This document shows, piece by piece, positions 39,062 to 48,082 of a stretch of 59,935 nucleotides of DNA. The notes under the pieces were generated by a model. It was not told where the DNA came from. It saw nothing but the letters and a program-made list of their open reading frames with translations, and ran no database searches. The stretch is from Nitrospira sp. (GTDB lineage: Bacteria > Nitrospirota > Nitrospiria > SBBL01 > JAADHI01): contig JALUVJ010000046.1 of the NCBI GenBank assembly GCA_027020665.1, positions 1 through 59,935 of the forward strand, read 5' to 3'. Each line of letters begins with the position of its first letter. Positions within the stretch are counted from its first letter, which is position 1. Made by a program: the position numbers and the translations under genes.

Positions 39062-40120
39062 GTGAGAACACTTGAACACACCCTCAATCAAATCAAGCCC
39101 CTCGATCTGGAGTGGGGGGGCCGCGCCCGGGCGCAGCTCGACCGCCTCACCAAACCGCCGGGCAGTTTGGGGCGATTGGAAGAAATCGCGACATGGTTTG
39201 TTCAGGTGACCGGCAAATTCCCGCCTTGTCTCCCCAAGAAGGCGCTCTTTGTTTTTGCCGCCGATCACGGCGTGTGCGACGAAGGCGTGAGCGCCTACCC
39301 CAAGGCCGTGACGGCACAGATGGTTTACAATTTTTTAAACGGGGGCGCGGCGATCAATGTGCTGGCGCGCCATGCGGACGCGGCCGTCCGTATTGTGGAT
39401 ATGGGGGTCGATGCGGATTTTAAATCCGTGCCGGGTTTGATTGACCGCAAGATCGCGCGCGGGACAAAAAACATGGCGCAGGGTCCCGCGATGTCCCGCG
39501 CGGAAGCACGCACATCCATCGAATGCGGCATTGCCCTGGCCGAAGACGCCGTGAAAGAGGGGGCGACTCTGCTCGGCACCGGAGAAATGGGCATCGGCAA
39601 TACCACCGCGGCCAGCGCCCTCACGGCGGTTTTATGCGCTGCCGCTATCGCGGAGGTGACCGGACGCGGCACGGGCATCAACGACGCGGCCTTAAAACAC
39701 AAACAAAGCGCCATCCGCCGCGCACTGGATTTGAACCGCCCCGAAAGCACGGATCCCTTGGATATTTTAAGCAAGGTCGGCGGCTTCGAACTCGGCGGCA
39801 TGACGGGTCTCATTTTGGGCGCAGCCGCCCGAAAGATCCCCCTTGTTCTTGACGGGTTTATCTCGACGGCTGCGGCATTGATTGCCGGCGCACTGAAGCC
39901 TGCGGTGAACGCCTATCTGCTGGCCGCCCACCGCTCGGTTGAGCCGGGGCACCGCATTGCCCTTCGGCAACTGGGGCTTTCGCCGCTCTTGGATTTTGAC
40001 ATGCGCTTGGGCGAGGGCACAGGCGCGGCTTTGGGCATGGGGATGGTTGATGCCGCGATTAAAATCATCAATGAGATGGCAACTTTTGATGAAGCAGGTG
40101 TCTCAAATAAAGGAGCTTAA
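39062..40120 (+). CDS. cobT: Nicotinate-nucleotide-DMB phosphoribosyltransferase
   Basis: LTKPPGSLGRLE, AADHG, GEMGIGNTT and MRLGEGTGA motifs; GTG start. Confidence 0.95.
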   Translation: MRTLEHTLNQIKPLDLEWGGRARAQLDRLTKPPGSLGRLEEIATWFVQVTGKFPPCLPKKALFVFAADHGVCDEGVSAYPKAVTAQMVYNFLNGGAAINVLARHADAAVRIVDMGVDADFKSVPGLIDRKIARGTKNMAQGPAMSRAEARTSIECGIALAEDAVKEGATLLGTGEMGIGNTTAASALTAVLCAAAIAEVTGRGTGINDAALKHKQSAIRRALDLNRPESTDPLDILSKVGGFELGGMTGLILGAAARKIPLVLDGFISTAAALIAGALKPAVNAYLLAAHRSVEPGHRIALRQLGLSPLLDFDMRLGEGTGAALGMGMVDAAIKIINEMATFDEAGVSNKGA

Positions 40121-40879
40121 GTGAAGGTCTTTTTCGCCGCTTTCGGCACGCTGACGGTTTTGCCCCTTCCGCGCCGTTTTCAGTGTGATGAAAAAAGCCT
40201 GGCCGCGTCCGTTATCTATTTCCCGCTCGTCGCTTTGCTTTTGGGCGGCGTACCGGCGGTCCTGTTTTATCTCTTAAAATCCTTGCTGGCCCCGCTGCCT
40301 TTGGCGGCGCTCTTGCTTTTTGTGCTCGTGATGCTCACCGGGGGACTGCACCTTGACGGGCTGGCCGATCTTGCGGATGCATTCGGGGCGGGCGGTTCGC
40401 CGGAGCGGATGCTTGGCGTGATGAAAGAAAGCCAGGTCGGGGCTTTTGGCGTGATCGCGCTTGTGCTGGTGCTGCTGTTTAAGTTTTCGCTTTTTTTCGA
40501 GATCATCAACAAAGGGCGCTGGCCGGATTTTTTATTGATGGCCCTGCTCAGTCGATGGGCGATGATCCTGGCGGCTTTTTTAGGGCGATATCCAAGGGCG
40601 TCGGGCACGGCACGGGCCTTTATCGGGAAAATCCGTCCGGCTCCAATGGGGATTGCAACGGTCTTCACGCTCCTGCTTTCGGGATGGTTTCTGGGGGGGG
40701 GCGGCTTATTGGCAATGGCCTTAGCCGCAGTGATAACGATTTCGTTTGTGTCTTATGTCACAACAAAACTCGGCGGGATTACGGGAGATGCCCTGGGCGC
40801 TTTGAATGAAAAGGTGGAGGTTTTAGTCCTGCTTTTTCTGCTGCTTGTTCCACCTGTGGGTCGTTGGGGACTATTATAA
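40121..40879 (+). CDS. cobS: Adenosylcobinamide-GDP ribazoletransferase
   Basis: TGGLHLDGLAD, MKES..GAFG and GGITGDALGA motifs. Confidence 0.95.
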   Translation: MKVFFAAFGTLTVLPLPRRFQCDEKSLAASVIYFPLVALLLGGVPAVLFYLLKSLLAPLPLAALLLFVLVMLTGGLHLDGLADLADAFGAGGSPERMLGVMKESQVGAFGVIALVLVLLFKFSLFFEIINKGRWPDFLLMALLSRWAMILAAFLGRYPRASGTARAFIGKIRPAPMGIATVFTLLLSGWFLGGGGLLAMALAAVITISFVSYVTTKLGGITGDALGALNEKVEVLVLLFLLLVPPVGRWGLL

Positions 40880-41039
40880 AGGGGGCTATTATAATGTTTC
40901 TTTAGTTGCCGGACGCGAAATGCTTTATCCCTGGGACTTGAAATACGGCTTGTCGGGGTGACGCACGCATGCGGTTTTCCCGTTGCAGTGTGAAGGTTTC
41001 AGGGAGAGCTTTTTCTGTCTCGGTTATTTCTGAAAACCC

Positions 41040-42707
41040 TCAATATTTCCGTTCCGCCGGCGGAATGGTTGTAATGGTCACGGGTTTGTATTCCAGGCGC
41101 GGGCCTTCTTCTGTTTTGTAGGCCAGGGTGTGTTTCATCCAGTTTTCATCATCTCGCTTGGGAAAGTCGGGACGTGCGTGCGCACCGCGCGACTCTTCAC
41201 GGACGGTGGCACCGGCTGCCAGCACTTCGGCCAAATCCATAATGGATTGTAGTTGCAGGGCCTCGATCAATTCCAAATTGAAGATTTTCCCCTTGTCTCG
41301 CAAGCCGATGTCGGGGATACGGGCGCGGAGGGCGGCCAATTTTGCTTGGCCTTGCTCCATACGTTCTTTTGTGCGGGAGATGCCGAAGTGTTCGGCCATG
41401 AGGGTCCCGATTGCCTCGCGAATCACTCCGATCCGCTCCCCGTCTTTTTTGCCCATGAGCTTCTTGATTCTGTCGGCTTGAGCGTTGAGGTGTTGATCTG
41501 AAATGCCTTTGATTTCATTTTTTTCTGCATATTGTGCCGCATATTCTCCGGCACGGCGACCGTAGACGATGGTTTCCATCAGGGCGTTTCCGCCGAGGCG
41601 GTTTGCGCCGTGGACTGAGGCCGAGGCACATTCGCCTGCCGCAAAAAGTCCGGGCATGGGGGTTTCGCATTGTGTGTTGGTGGGAATGCCGCCCATGGAA
41701 TAGTGCACACCGGGGGTGATGGGAATGGGCGCTTCAATCGGATCGACGCCCGCATAGGTGAGTGACAACTCCCAGATCTGCGGCAGTTTTTCCATGATTT
41801 TCCGTTTCCCCAAATGTCGCAAATCCAGCATGACGCAGCCGTCCACACCGCGTCCGGCCATGATTTCTTCGTATTCGGCGCGGGAGACCACGTCGCGGCT
41901 GGCGAGTTCCATCGCGTTGGGTGCGTATTTTTCCATGAAACGTTCTCCGCGCGAATTAAAAAGGTAGCCGCCTTCGCCGCGCGCGCCTTCGGTAATGAGG
42001 ATGCCGGTGCTTTTCAGGGTCGTCGGGTGAAATTGCACAAATTCCAAATCCTGCAAAGGCACGCCGGCTTCGTAGGCCATTGCCATGCCGTCGCCGGTGT
42101 TAATCAAGCCGTTCGTGGAAATGAGGTAGACGCGGCCGTAACCGCCTGTGGCTAAAATGACCGATTTTGCACGCAGTGTTTCAAGCTCGCCTGTAAAGAG
42201 ATTGAGCGCGATCACCCCGCAACAGATGCCTTCTTCAACAATGAGTGAGCAGACATACCATTCTTCATAAACCTTGGCCGCGCTTTTGATGAGTTGTTCG
42301 TAGAGCAGGTGTACAAGCGCGTGTCCGGTGCGGTCGGCCACATAACAGGTGCGGGGATAGCCGAGGCCGCCGAAATTGCGCTGGGCGATTTGACCGTCCG
42401 CCGTGCGGGAAAAGAGGGCGCCCATTTTTTCCAAGGTCATGATGTCTTCGGGTGCGGATTTGCAGAGTACTTCAATCGCATCCTGATCGCCCAACCAGTC
42501 GCTGCCCTTCACCGTATCGTACATGTGATTTTCCCAGGAATCATCCGCCCGGATGGCCGCATTGATGCCGCCTTCGGCGGCAACCGAATGGCTGCGCACG
42601 GGATGCACTTTCGAGATGATGCCGACATTAAGATGAGACGGTACGGCAACTGCGGCGCGCATGCCTGCGAGTCCGGCTCCGACGATCAGTACATCATGGA
42701 TGATCAT
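41040..42707 (-). CDS. sdhA: Succinate dehydrogenase/fumarate reductase flavoprotein subunit
   Basis: GAGLAG, RSHSVAAEGG (covalent-FAD His), QFHPT, EGARGEGG, HYSMGG, HGANRLGGN and ESRGAH motifs. Confidence 0.9.
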   Translation of the reverse strand: MIIHDVLIVGAGLAGMRAAVAVPSHLNVGIISKVHPVRSHSVAAEGGINAAIRADDSWENHMYDTVKGSDWLGDQDAIEVLCKSAPEDIMTLEKMGALFSRTADGQIAQRNFGGLGYPRTCYVADRTGHALVHLLYEQLIKSAAKVYEEWYVCSLIVEEGICCGVIALNLFTGELETLRAKSVILATGGYGRVYLISTNGLINTGDGMAMAYEAGVPLQDLEFVQFHPTTLKSTGILITEGARGEGGYLFNSRGERFMEKYAPNAMELASRDVVSRAEYEEIMAGRGVDGCVMLDLRHLGKRKIMEKLPQIWELSLTYAGVDPIEAPIPITPGVHYSMGGIPTNTQCETPMPGLFAAGECASASVHGANRLGGNALMETIVYGRRAGEYAAQYAEKNEIKGISDQHLNAQADRIKKLMGKKDGERIGVIREAIGTLMAEHFGISRTKERMEQGQAKLAALRARIPDIGLRDKGKIFNLELIEALQLQSIMDLAEVLAAGATVREESRGAHARPDFPKRDDENWMKHTLAYKTEEGPRLEYKPVTITTIPPAERKY

Positions 42708-42731
42708 AAGCGTTCTCCTCCGGGTCTGAAA

Positions 42732-44177
42732 TCAGCTTGGGCTATAGCGGACATTAAGTTGCCTTGCGGCCCGCACTTCATTGATGCGCCCGTGTTTCCG
42801 GCTTTGCGGTGCGTTTTTGAGTTGTTCGGGATCTTCATCAATTTCTTTACGAATTTGAAGCAGGGCATCTGCAAATTCGTCCAGGGTTTCCCGGGATTCG
42901 CTTTCCGGGGCTTCGATCATGAGGGCTTCGGGGATGATCAAAGGGAAGTTCACTGTAGGCGGATAAAAACCGTAGTCGATGAGGCGTTTGGCGATGTCCC
43001 AGGCCCCGATGCCTTGGGGTTTTAAATTTTTTGCGGACAAAATAAATTCGTGCATACAGGGTCGATGCATCGGGATGTCGTAAGCCGCTTCGAGTCGCTT
43101 TTTCAAATAGTTGGCGTTGATGATGGTATTGCGGCTGATGTCGCAAAGTCCCTCGGCGCCCAGTCGCCGGATATAGGTATAGGCCCGAACGAGAATGCCG
43201 AAATTGCCGTAAAAACTATGCACGCGACCAATGGATTCGGGATAATCCCGATTCAAAAAATAATGCGCTTTATTTTTTTCGATACGGGGGACGGGTAAAA
43301 AAGGGGTCAGGCTTTCGCCAACGCCCACCGGGCCTGCGCCGGGTCCGCCGCCGCCGTGGGGGGTGGAGAAAGTTTTGTGCAGGTTGAAATGCATGATGTC
43401 GCAGCCCATATCTCCGGGGCGTGTGAGGCCTAAAAGTGCGTTTAAATTCGCACCGTCGAAGTAGACCAGGGCTCCGGCTTCGTGCATGATTTGAGCAACT
43501 TCGCCCATGCCGCGCTCAAAAAGACCCAGGGTGTTGGGGTTGGTGAGCATGAGGGCTGCGGTGTCTTTATCCACGACCTTTCGTAAATCGTCCGCATCAA
43601 TGATGCCTTCGGCATTGGAGTGAACCGTTTTAATGGTGTAACCCGCCAAGTGGGCGCTGGCCGGGTTGGTGCCGTGTGCCGAATCGGGAATAATGACATA
43701 TTTGCGTTGCCGCCCCTGTTTTGCATGATAGGCGCGGGTGATCAACATGCCCGTCATTTCTCCCTGCGCACCCGCGACAGGTTGCAGGGTGACCTGGGCC
43801 ATGCCCGCAATTTCAGCCAGCATGCGTTCAAGATCGTAAAGCAAGGCCAAGGCCCCTTGCGCGCTTTTTTCGGGCTGGAGCGGATGGAGGTCTGAAAAAC
43901 CGGGAAGGCGCACAACATCTTCGTGAATCTTGGGGTTGTATTTCATCGTGCAGGAGCCGAGCGGGTAAAAGCCGTTGTCCACGCCGTAACTTTCTTGCGA
44001 AAGACGCGTGTAGTGCCGCATGAGTTCGTTTTCGCTGATTTCGGGCAGCGGCAGTTCGCTTTGACGTTGATGGTCTTTGGGCAGGACTTGGTTGATATTA
44101 AAATCCAGGCTGTTTGCAGGAAAGGTCTGTCCGCATCGTCCGGAGTGTGATTTTTCAAAAATAAGTGCTTCGGGCAT
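42732..44177 (-). CDS. gcvPB: Glycine dehydrogenase (decarboxylating) subunit 2
   Basis: PLGSCTMKYNP, SAHGTNPASA and NLHKTFSTPHGGGGPG motifs. Confidence 0.95.
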   Translation of the reverse strand: MPEALIFEKSHSGRCGQTFPANSLDFNINQVLPKDHQRQSELPLPEISENELMRHYTRLSQESYGVDNGFYPLGSCTMKYNPKIHEDVVRLPGFSDLHPLQPEKSAQGALALLYDLERMLAEIAGMAQVTLQPVAGAQGEMTGMLITRAYHAKQGRQRKYVIIPDSAHGTNPASAHLAGYTIKTVHSNAEGIIDADDLRKVVDKDTAALMLTNPNTLGLFERGMGEVAQIMHEAGALVYFDGANLNALLGLTRPGDMGCDIMHFNLHKTFSTPHGGGGPGAGPVGVGESLTPFLPVPRIEKNKAHYFLNRDYPESIGRVHSFYGNFGILVRAYTYIRRLGAEGLCDISRNTIINANYLKKRLEAAYDIPMHRPCMHEFILSAKNLKPQGIGAWDIAKRLIDYGFYPPTVNFPLIIPEALMIEAPESESRETLDEFADALLQIRKEIDEDPEQLKNAPQSRKHGRINEVRAARQLNVRYSPS

Positions 44178-44203
44178 TGCTGTCCTTTCCCTGAATATTT
44201 CCT

Positions 44204-44728
44204 TTAGATTATATTGTGTCGCCGTGCCTCGGCGTAGGCCAACTGCAGGCCCACAATGCTTTTGGCATCCCGAATGGTTTGGTCCGTGATTTTCGACATC
44301 GCCGTGTCGAATGGCATTTCCACAATCTCAATGATTTCATCTTCGTCCAAGGCTTGTGCGGTTCGGGTCAATTCGGTGCCGAGATAAATATGAATCACTT
44401 CATCGCAAAAACCCGGCACGGTAAAAACGGCCGTGAGTTTTTGAAGGTTCCCGACTTGATACCCGACTTCTTCTTCCGCTTCGCGAGCGGCACAAACTTC
44501 CGGGGCCTCTCCCGGAGACAGTTTCCCTGCGGGAATTTCATAAAGATAGCCGTCGGCGGCGTGACGGTATTGATGCACGAGCACGACATGGCCGTCGGCT
44601 TTGAGCGGCACGACGGCAGAGGCGCCGGGGTGACGGATGAGATCCAGCTCCGTCGTTTTCCCGTTGGGCAGTTTGACTTCACCGGAAAAAAGATGAATGG
44701 CTTTGCCGCGATAGATTTCTTTTAACAT
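44204..44728 (-). CDS. NUDIX hydrolase (ADP-ribose pyrophosphatase-like)
   Basis: HPGA, QYRH and the Nudix box EIPAGKLSPGEAPEVCAAREAEEEVG. Confidence 0.9.
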   Translation of the reverse strand: MLKEIYRGKAIHLFSGEVKLPNGKTTELDLIRHPGASAVVPLKADGHVVLVHQYRHAADGYLYEIPAGKLSPGEAPEVCAAREAEEEVGYQVGNLQKLTAVFTVPGFCDEVIHIYLGTELTRTAQALDEDEIIEIVEMPFDTAMSKITDQTIRDAKSIVGLQLAYAEARRHNII

Positions 44729-45663
44729 CGCGCATCCCTCTGTTCGGTCAAGGCGATAAGGGCGCCGGAGAGTGCGCGTGCGATCTTTGTCATGAAGACG
44801 ACATCCAGGGTTTCAATGCGGTCGCTGCTTTGATGATAGTGCGGATTCCTAAAATTTGCCGTATCGGTCAGCATGACGGCAGGGATGTTTTTATCCCAAA
44901 ACGGCACGTGGTCGGAGCGTCGCACATCAGGAAGGGCCTCGGCGGTTTTAGGTAAGAGCAGGCTTACCTTCGGTAAATCGGGCGTGTGCCGTTTGATCGC
45001 CGATTCAAGGCTTTCGAGGATGGGCCCGGCGCTTTCGTTGCCTAAAATGCCGATGAAGTTTCCCTGATCGGGCAGTGAAATCGGCAGCCCCGGCGGGCTA
45101 TGCTGAGAACCGGGATTGTCATCCGTGTATCCGATGCATTCCAAATTGATCAGGCCCCAAATCTTCCGTCCGCTTTTTGCCGCGTTTTTAACATAGCCGC
45201 GGCTGCCCCAAAAGCCGGATTCTTCCAAAGTAAAGGCTGCAAATTCGAGGTGAAGCGGGCTTGTTTTTGTTTCAAAAAAACAGGTGGAGACGCGTGCCGC
45301 TTCAAGCAAAACAGCCAGGCTGCTGGCATTGTCATCCGCGCCGGGGGAACCTGCAACCGTGTCGTAATGCGCTCCGATGACGAGTATGGGTTTTTTGTCG
45401 TCCGCATCCGGCAGTGCGCCGATGATGTTGAAACACGGCGCATCACTTGCGTCATGCACGGAAATGGCGGCCCTGCGGGCTTGAAGACCTGCCGATTCCA
45501 GTTCGGCGGTGATATAGTCTGCCGCATTTTTAAGGGCTTCGGGGGAATGATCGGGATGCTTTTCGCCCTGGAGTTTTTCAATATGGCCGACAATACGGGA
45601 TGCGCTGATCTCGGAAAGGGGCGAAAGGTTTTCAGCCTTTGTCTTTTGTGTCACGAAGCGCAA
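44722..45663 (-). CDS. M28 family metallopeptidase
   Basis: IGAHYDTV..PGADDNAS, FTLEE, RRSDH and NPHYH motifs. Confidence 0.9.
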   Translation of the reverse strand: MRFVTQKTKAENLSPLSEISASRIVGHIEKLQGEKHPDHSPEALKNAADYITAELESAGLQARRAAISVHDASDAPCFNIIGALPDADDKKPILVIGAHYDTVAGSPGADDNASSLAVLLEAARVSTCFFETKTSPLHLEFAAFTLEESGFWGSRGYVKNAAKSGRKIWGLINLECIGYTDDNPGSQHSPPGLPISLPDQGNFIGILGNESAGPILESLESAIKRHTPDLPKVSLLLPKTAEALPDVRRSDHVPFWDKNIPAVMLTDTANFRNPHYHQSSDRIETLDVVFMTKIARALSGALIALTEQRDARC

Positions 45664-45805
45664 GTCCCTGGGGCAAAATGAAACGGCAACCCGGACATGT
45701 TATTTCGGGCGGAAAATGATGTCAAGCAAAAGCTGAGGCTTTAAATTTTTACGGGCCGCAACGATGTTTACATTCAAATCAAGACCGCTGTATATTGAGG
45801 CCGCC

Positions 45806-46930
45806 ATGTTGAAACAATTGGATCGTTATATTTTAAAAGAGCTGATGGGGCCATTCTTCCTGGGGATTTTTATCCTCTTGTTTATCCTCGTCATGCAGCA
45901 GATTTTGAAACTCATGGAGCTGGTCATCGACAAGGGCGTTGATCCGGCCAGTGTGGGCGGGCTTTTTTTGCAATTGCTGCCGTCTTTTTTTTTGGTGACT
46001 TTTCCGATGGCGATCATGATGGCGACGGTGACCACCTTTAACCGCCTTTCCGCCGACAATGAAATTATTGCGCTGCACGCCGCAGGCATCAACGCGATGC
46101 GTTTGATTCGGCCCGTTTTTCTTTTTGCCCTGCTTGTCGGGCTGTTGACGCTTTGGATGGGCACGATGGCGGGTTCTTCAAAAGAGGCCTTTAAGTCGAT
46201 GGCGGTGAAACTGCTTTTGAAACGCGCCAGCGCGGGCCTTGAGGCCGGACGCTTTAACGGCATCTTTTCAAACATGATGGTGTATGTGGATTCGGTCTCG
46301 TCTCAGTCCGAACTGACCGGTATTTTTATTTTTGATCAACGCAAGGCTGAGGCGCCGACGGTCATTGTCGCCAAAACCGGGTTTTTATTGAGCGACGAAG
46401 AAACAGAGACGATCTCGCTGTATCTCGAAGACGGGTCCTTGCATCAAAATGTGCGTGAGAATGATCGGTATCAAAAAATGGATTTTACGCGTTATGATTT
46501 AAAAATCGATTTTTCGGAGATGGTGCATCGCGAAAAAGGGGTCCATGCGCCGGGCTACGCCGAAATCAAAGCGCGCATCGCAAAAGCCGAAGTGCCGGAC
46601 ATCGAAGCCTTGCGGCTTTTGTCGGATTATTACCGGAGGTTTTTATTTTCACTCGCGGCCTTTCTCTTTTGCATCATGGGCGTGCCGCTCGGCATTATCT
46701 CCGGACGCATTACGCGGGTCGGGGGTTTTGTCGCCGGAATTCTTGTGATTTTAATCTATTACATGCTCATGACCTTAGGCGATTATTTAGTGGGCAGCCG
46801 ACTTGCGCCGCCGATGTTGGCCGCCGCCCTGCCGCTTCTTGTTTTGTTTCCCCTGTGCCTTTATCTATTGAAGAAGGTGGCAAATAATGTTTCTCCGACG
46901 CTTTTCGGCATCGCGAGCAAAAGGCCCTAA
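45806..46930 (+). CDS. lptF: LPS export ABC permease LptF
   Basis: LDRYILKE and RLSADNEIIALHAAG motifs; tandem with lptG; GAGG SD before ATG 45806. Confidence 0.85.
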   Translation: MLKQLDRYILKELMGPFFLGIFILLFILVMQQILKLMELVIDKGVDPASVGGLFLQLLPSFFLVTFPMAIMMATVTTFNRLSADNEIIALHAAGINAMRLIRPVFLFALLVGLLTLWMGTMAGSSKEAFKSMAVKLLLKRASAGLEAGRFNGIFSNMMVYVDSVSSQSELTGIFIFDQRKAEAPTVIVAKTGFLLSDEETETISLYLEDGSLHQNVRENDRYQKMDFTRYDLKIDFSEMVHREKGVHAPGYAEIKARIAKAEVPDIEALRLLSDYYRRFLFSLAAFLFCIMGVPLGIISGRITRVGGFVAGILVILIYYMLMTLGDYLVGSRLAPPMLAAALPLLVLFPLCLYLLKKVANNVSPTLFGIASKRP

Positions 46931-46933
46931 TCG

Positions 46934-48016
46934 ATGTCGATGACGACACGCTATATGCTGACGGAGTTTCTGCGGATTTTTGCCGCGACGGCGGCTGCGC
47001 TTGCGCTGCTTGTATTTTCCGTCGATTTTCTCGAAAAAATAAAAGGCTTGTATCGGTATGATGCCGAACTGCAATGGCTGATTCAATATTTTTTGTTTCG
47101 CTTTCCCAGAATTTTCATGGAAATGCTGCCCTTGTCTCTGCTGATGGCGACCTTGCTCACCTTTGGCGGACTCGCAAAAAATAACGAAATCACGGCATTT
47201 AAAAGTGCGGGGGTTTCTGTTTTTAAACTCACGACTCCCTTGCTGATCTTGGCGGCCTTTGTGAGTCTGACCTCTTATTTTCTGGCGGGCGGCGTGGTGC
47301 CGACCCTCTATAAAGAATCAAAACGCATCAAAGCCGTGCAAATTCAGGGCAGAGAACCCAGCGGTCGTTTTGTGCAAAACAAAACCTGGATGCATATCGA
47401 CAGCCGGAGGCTGATGTATGCGCAGGTTGTCTCGGCGGACAAAGCCCTCATGCAAGGCGTGGTGCTGTACACCCTTGGAGAAAACTATCTGATTGCCGAA
47501 GAAACGGAAGCCGCGGACTTATTGTATGAAGACGGGACCTGGGTTTTGCGCGACGGTGTGCGCCGGATTTTTTTGCCCGGCGGCGAGGTGAAATTCGAGA
47601 CGATTGAACGAGAGACGATCGAAATCAATCGCAAACCCGAAGATTTTCAGCAAGTCACGATCAAGGCCAGTGAAATGACCTATGCGGATCTTGACGCATA
47701 CATCGCCCAACTCAAATCCGTCGGTTTTGATACAACCCGCTACGCCGTGGATTTGCACGCCAAGCAGGCCCTGCCTTTTGTAAACTTCATCATGGTCTTG
47801 CTGGGTGTACCTTTTGCCCTTAAAGACAGTCGCAGCTCCGGTATCGCCTGGGGCATCGCTTTTAGTTTGAGCGTGGCCCTTTTTTATTGGCTGGTCTATT
47901 CCATGACGCTTTCACTCGGACGTTTGCATATTTTGCCGCCCTGGCTTGCCGCTTGGAGTGCGAATATCCTGCTGTTGATGATTGCTTCATATCTCTTTTT
48001 GAGAGTGCGGCAGTAG
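46934..48016 (+). CDS. lptG: LPS export ABC permease LptG
   Basis: RYMLTEF, NNEITAFKSAGVS and LPPWLAAW motifs. Confidence 0.85.
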   Translation: MSMTTRYMLTEFLRIFAATAAALALLVFSVDFLEKIKGLYRYDAELQWLIQYFLFRFPRIFMEMLPLSLLMATLLTFGGLAKNNEITAFKSAGVSVFKLTTPLLILAAFVSLTSYFLAGGVVPTLYKESKRIKAVQIQGREPSGRFVQNKTWMHIDSRRLMYAQVVSADKALMQGVVLYTLGENYLIAEETEAADLLYEDGTWVLRDGVRRIFLPGGEVKFETIERETIEINRKPEDFQQVTIKASEMTYADLDAYIAQLKSVGFDTTRYAVDLHAKQALPFVNFIMVLLGVPFALKDSRSSGIAWGIAFSLSVALFYWLVYSMTLSLGRLHILPPWLAAWSANILLLMIASYLFLRVRQ

Positions 48017-48082
48017 TAACATTTCTACTTTTGTCCGGTAGCTAAAGATGGGGGCTTTACAAATGAACAATGCCTTATTTTT

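Noticed and set aside
40866-40894. Tandem GGGG(A/G)CTATTATAA duplication at the cobS stop
   Set aside because: Only two 14-bp copies; likely a local duplication, not a CRISPR or att site.
42294-43025. 243-aa + strand ORF, and similar shadows such as 57782-58402
   Set aside because: Antisense to sdhA/gcvPB or SLC13, with no motifs.
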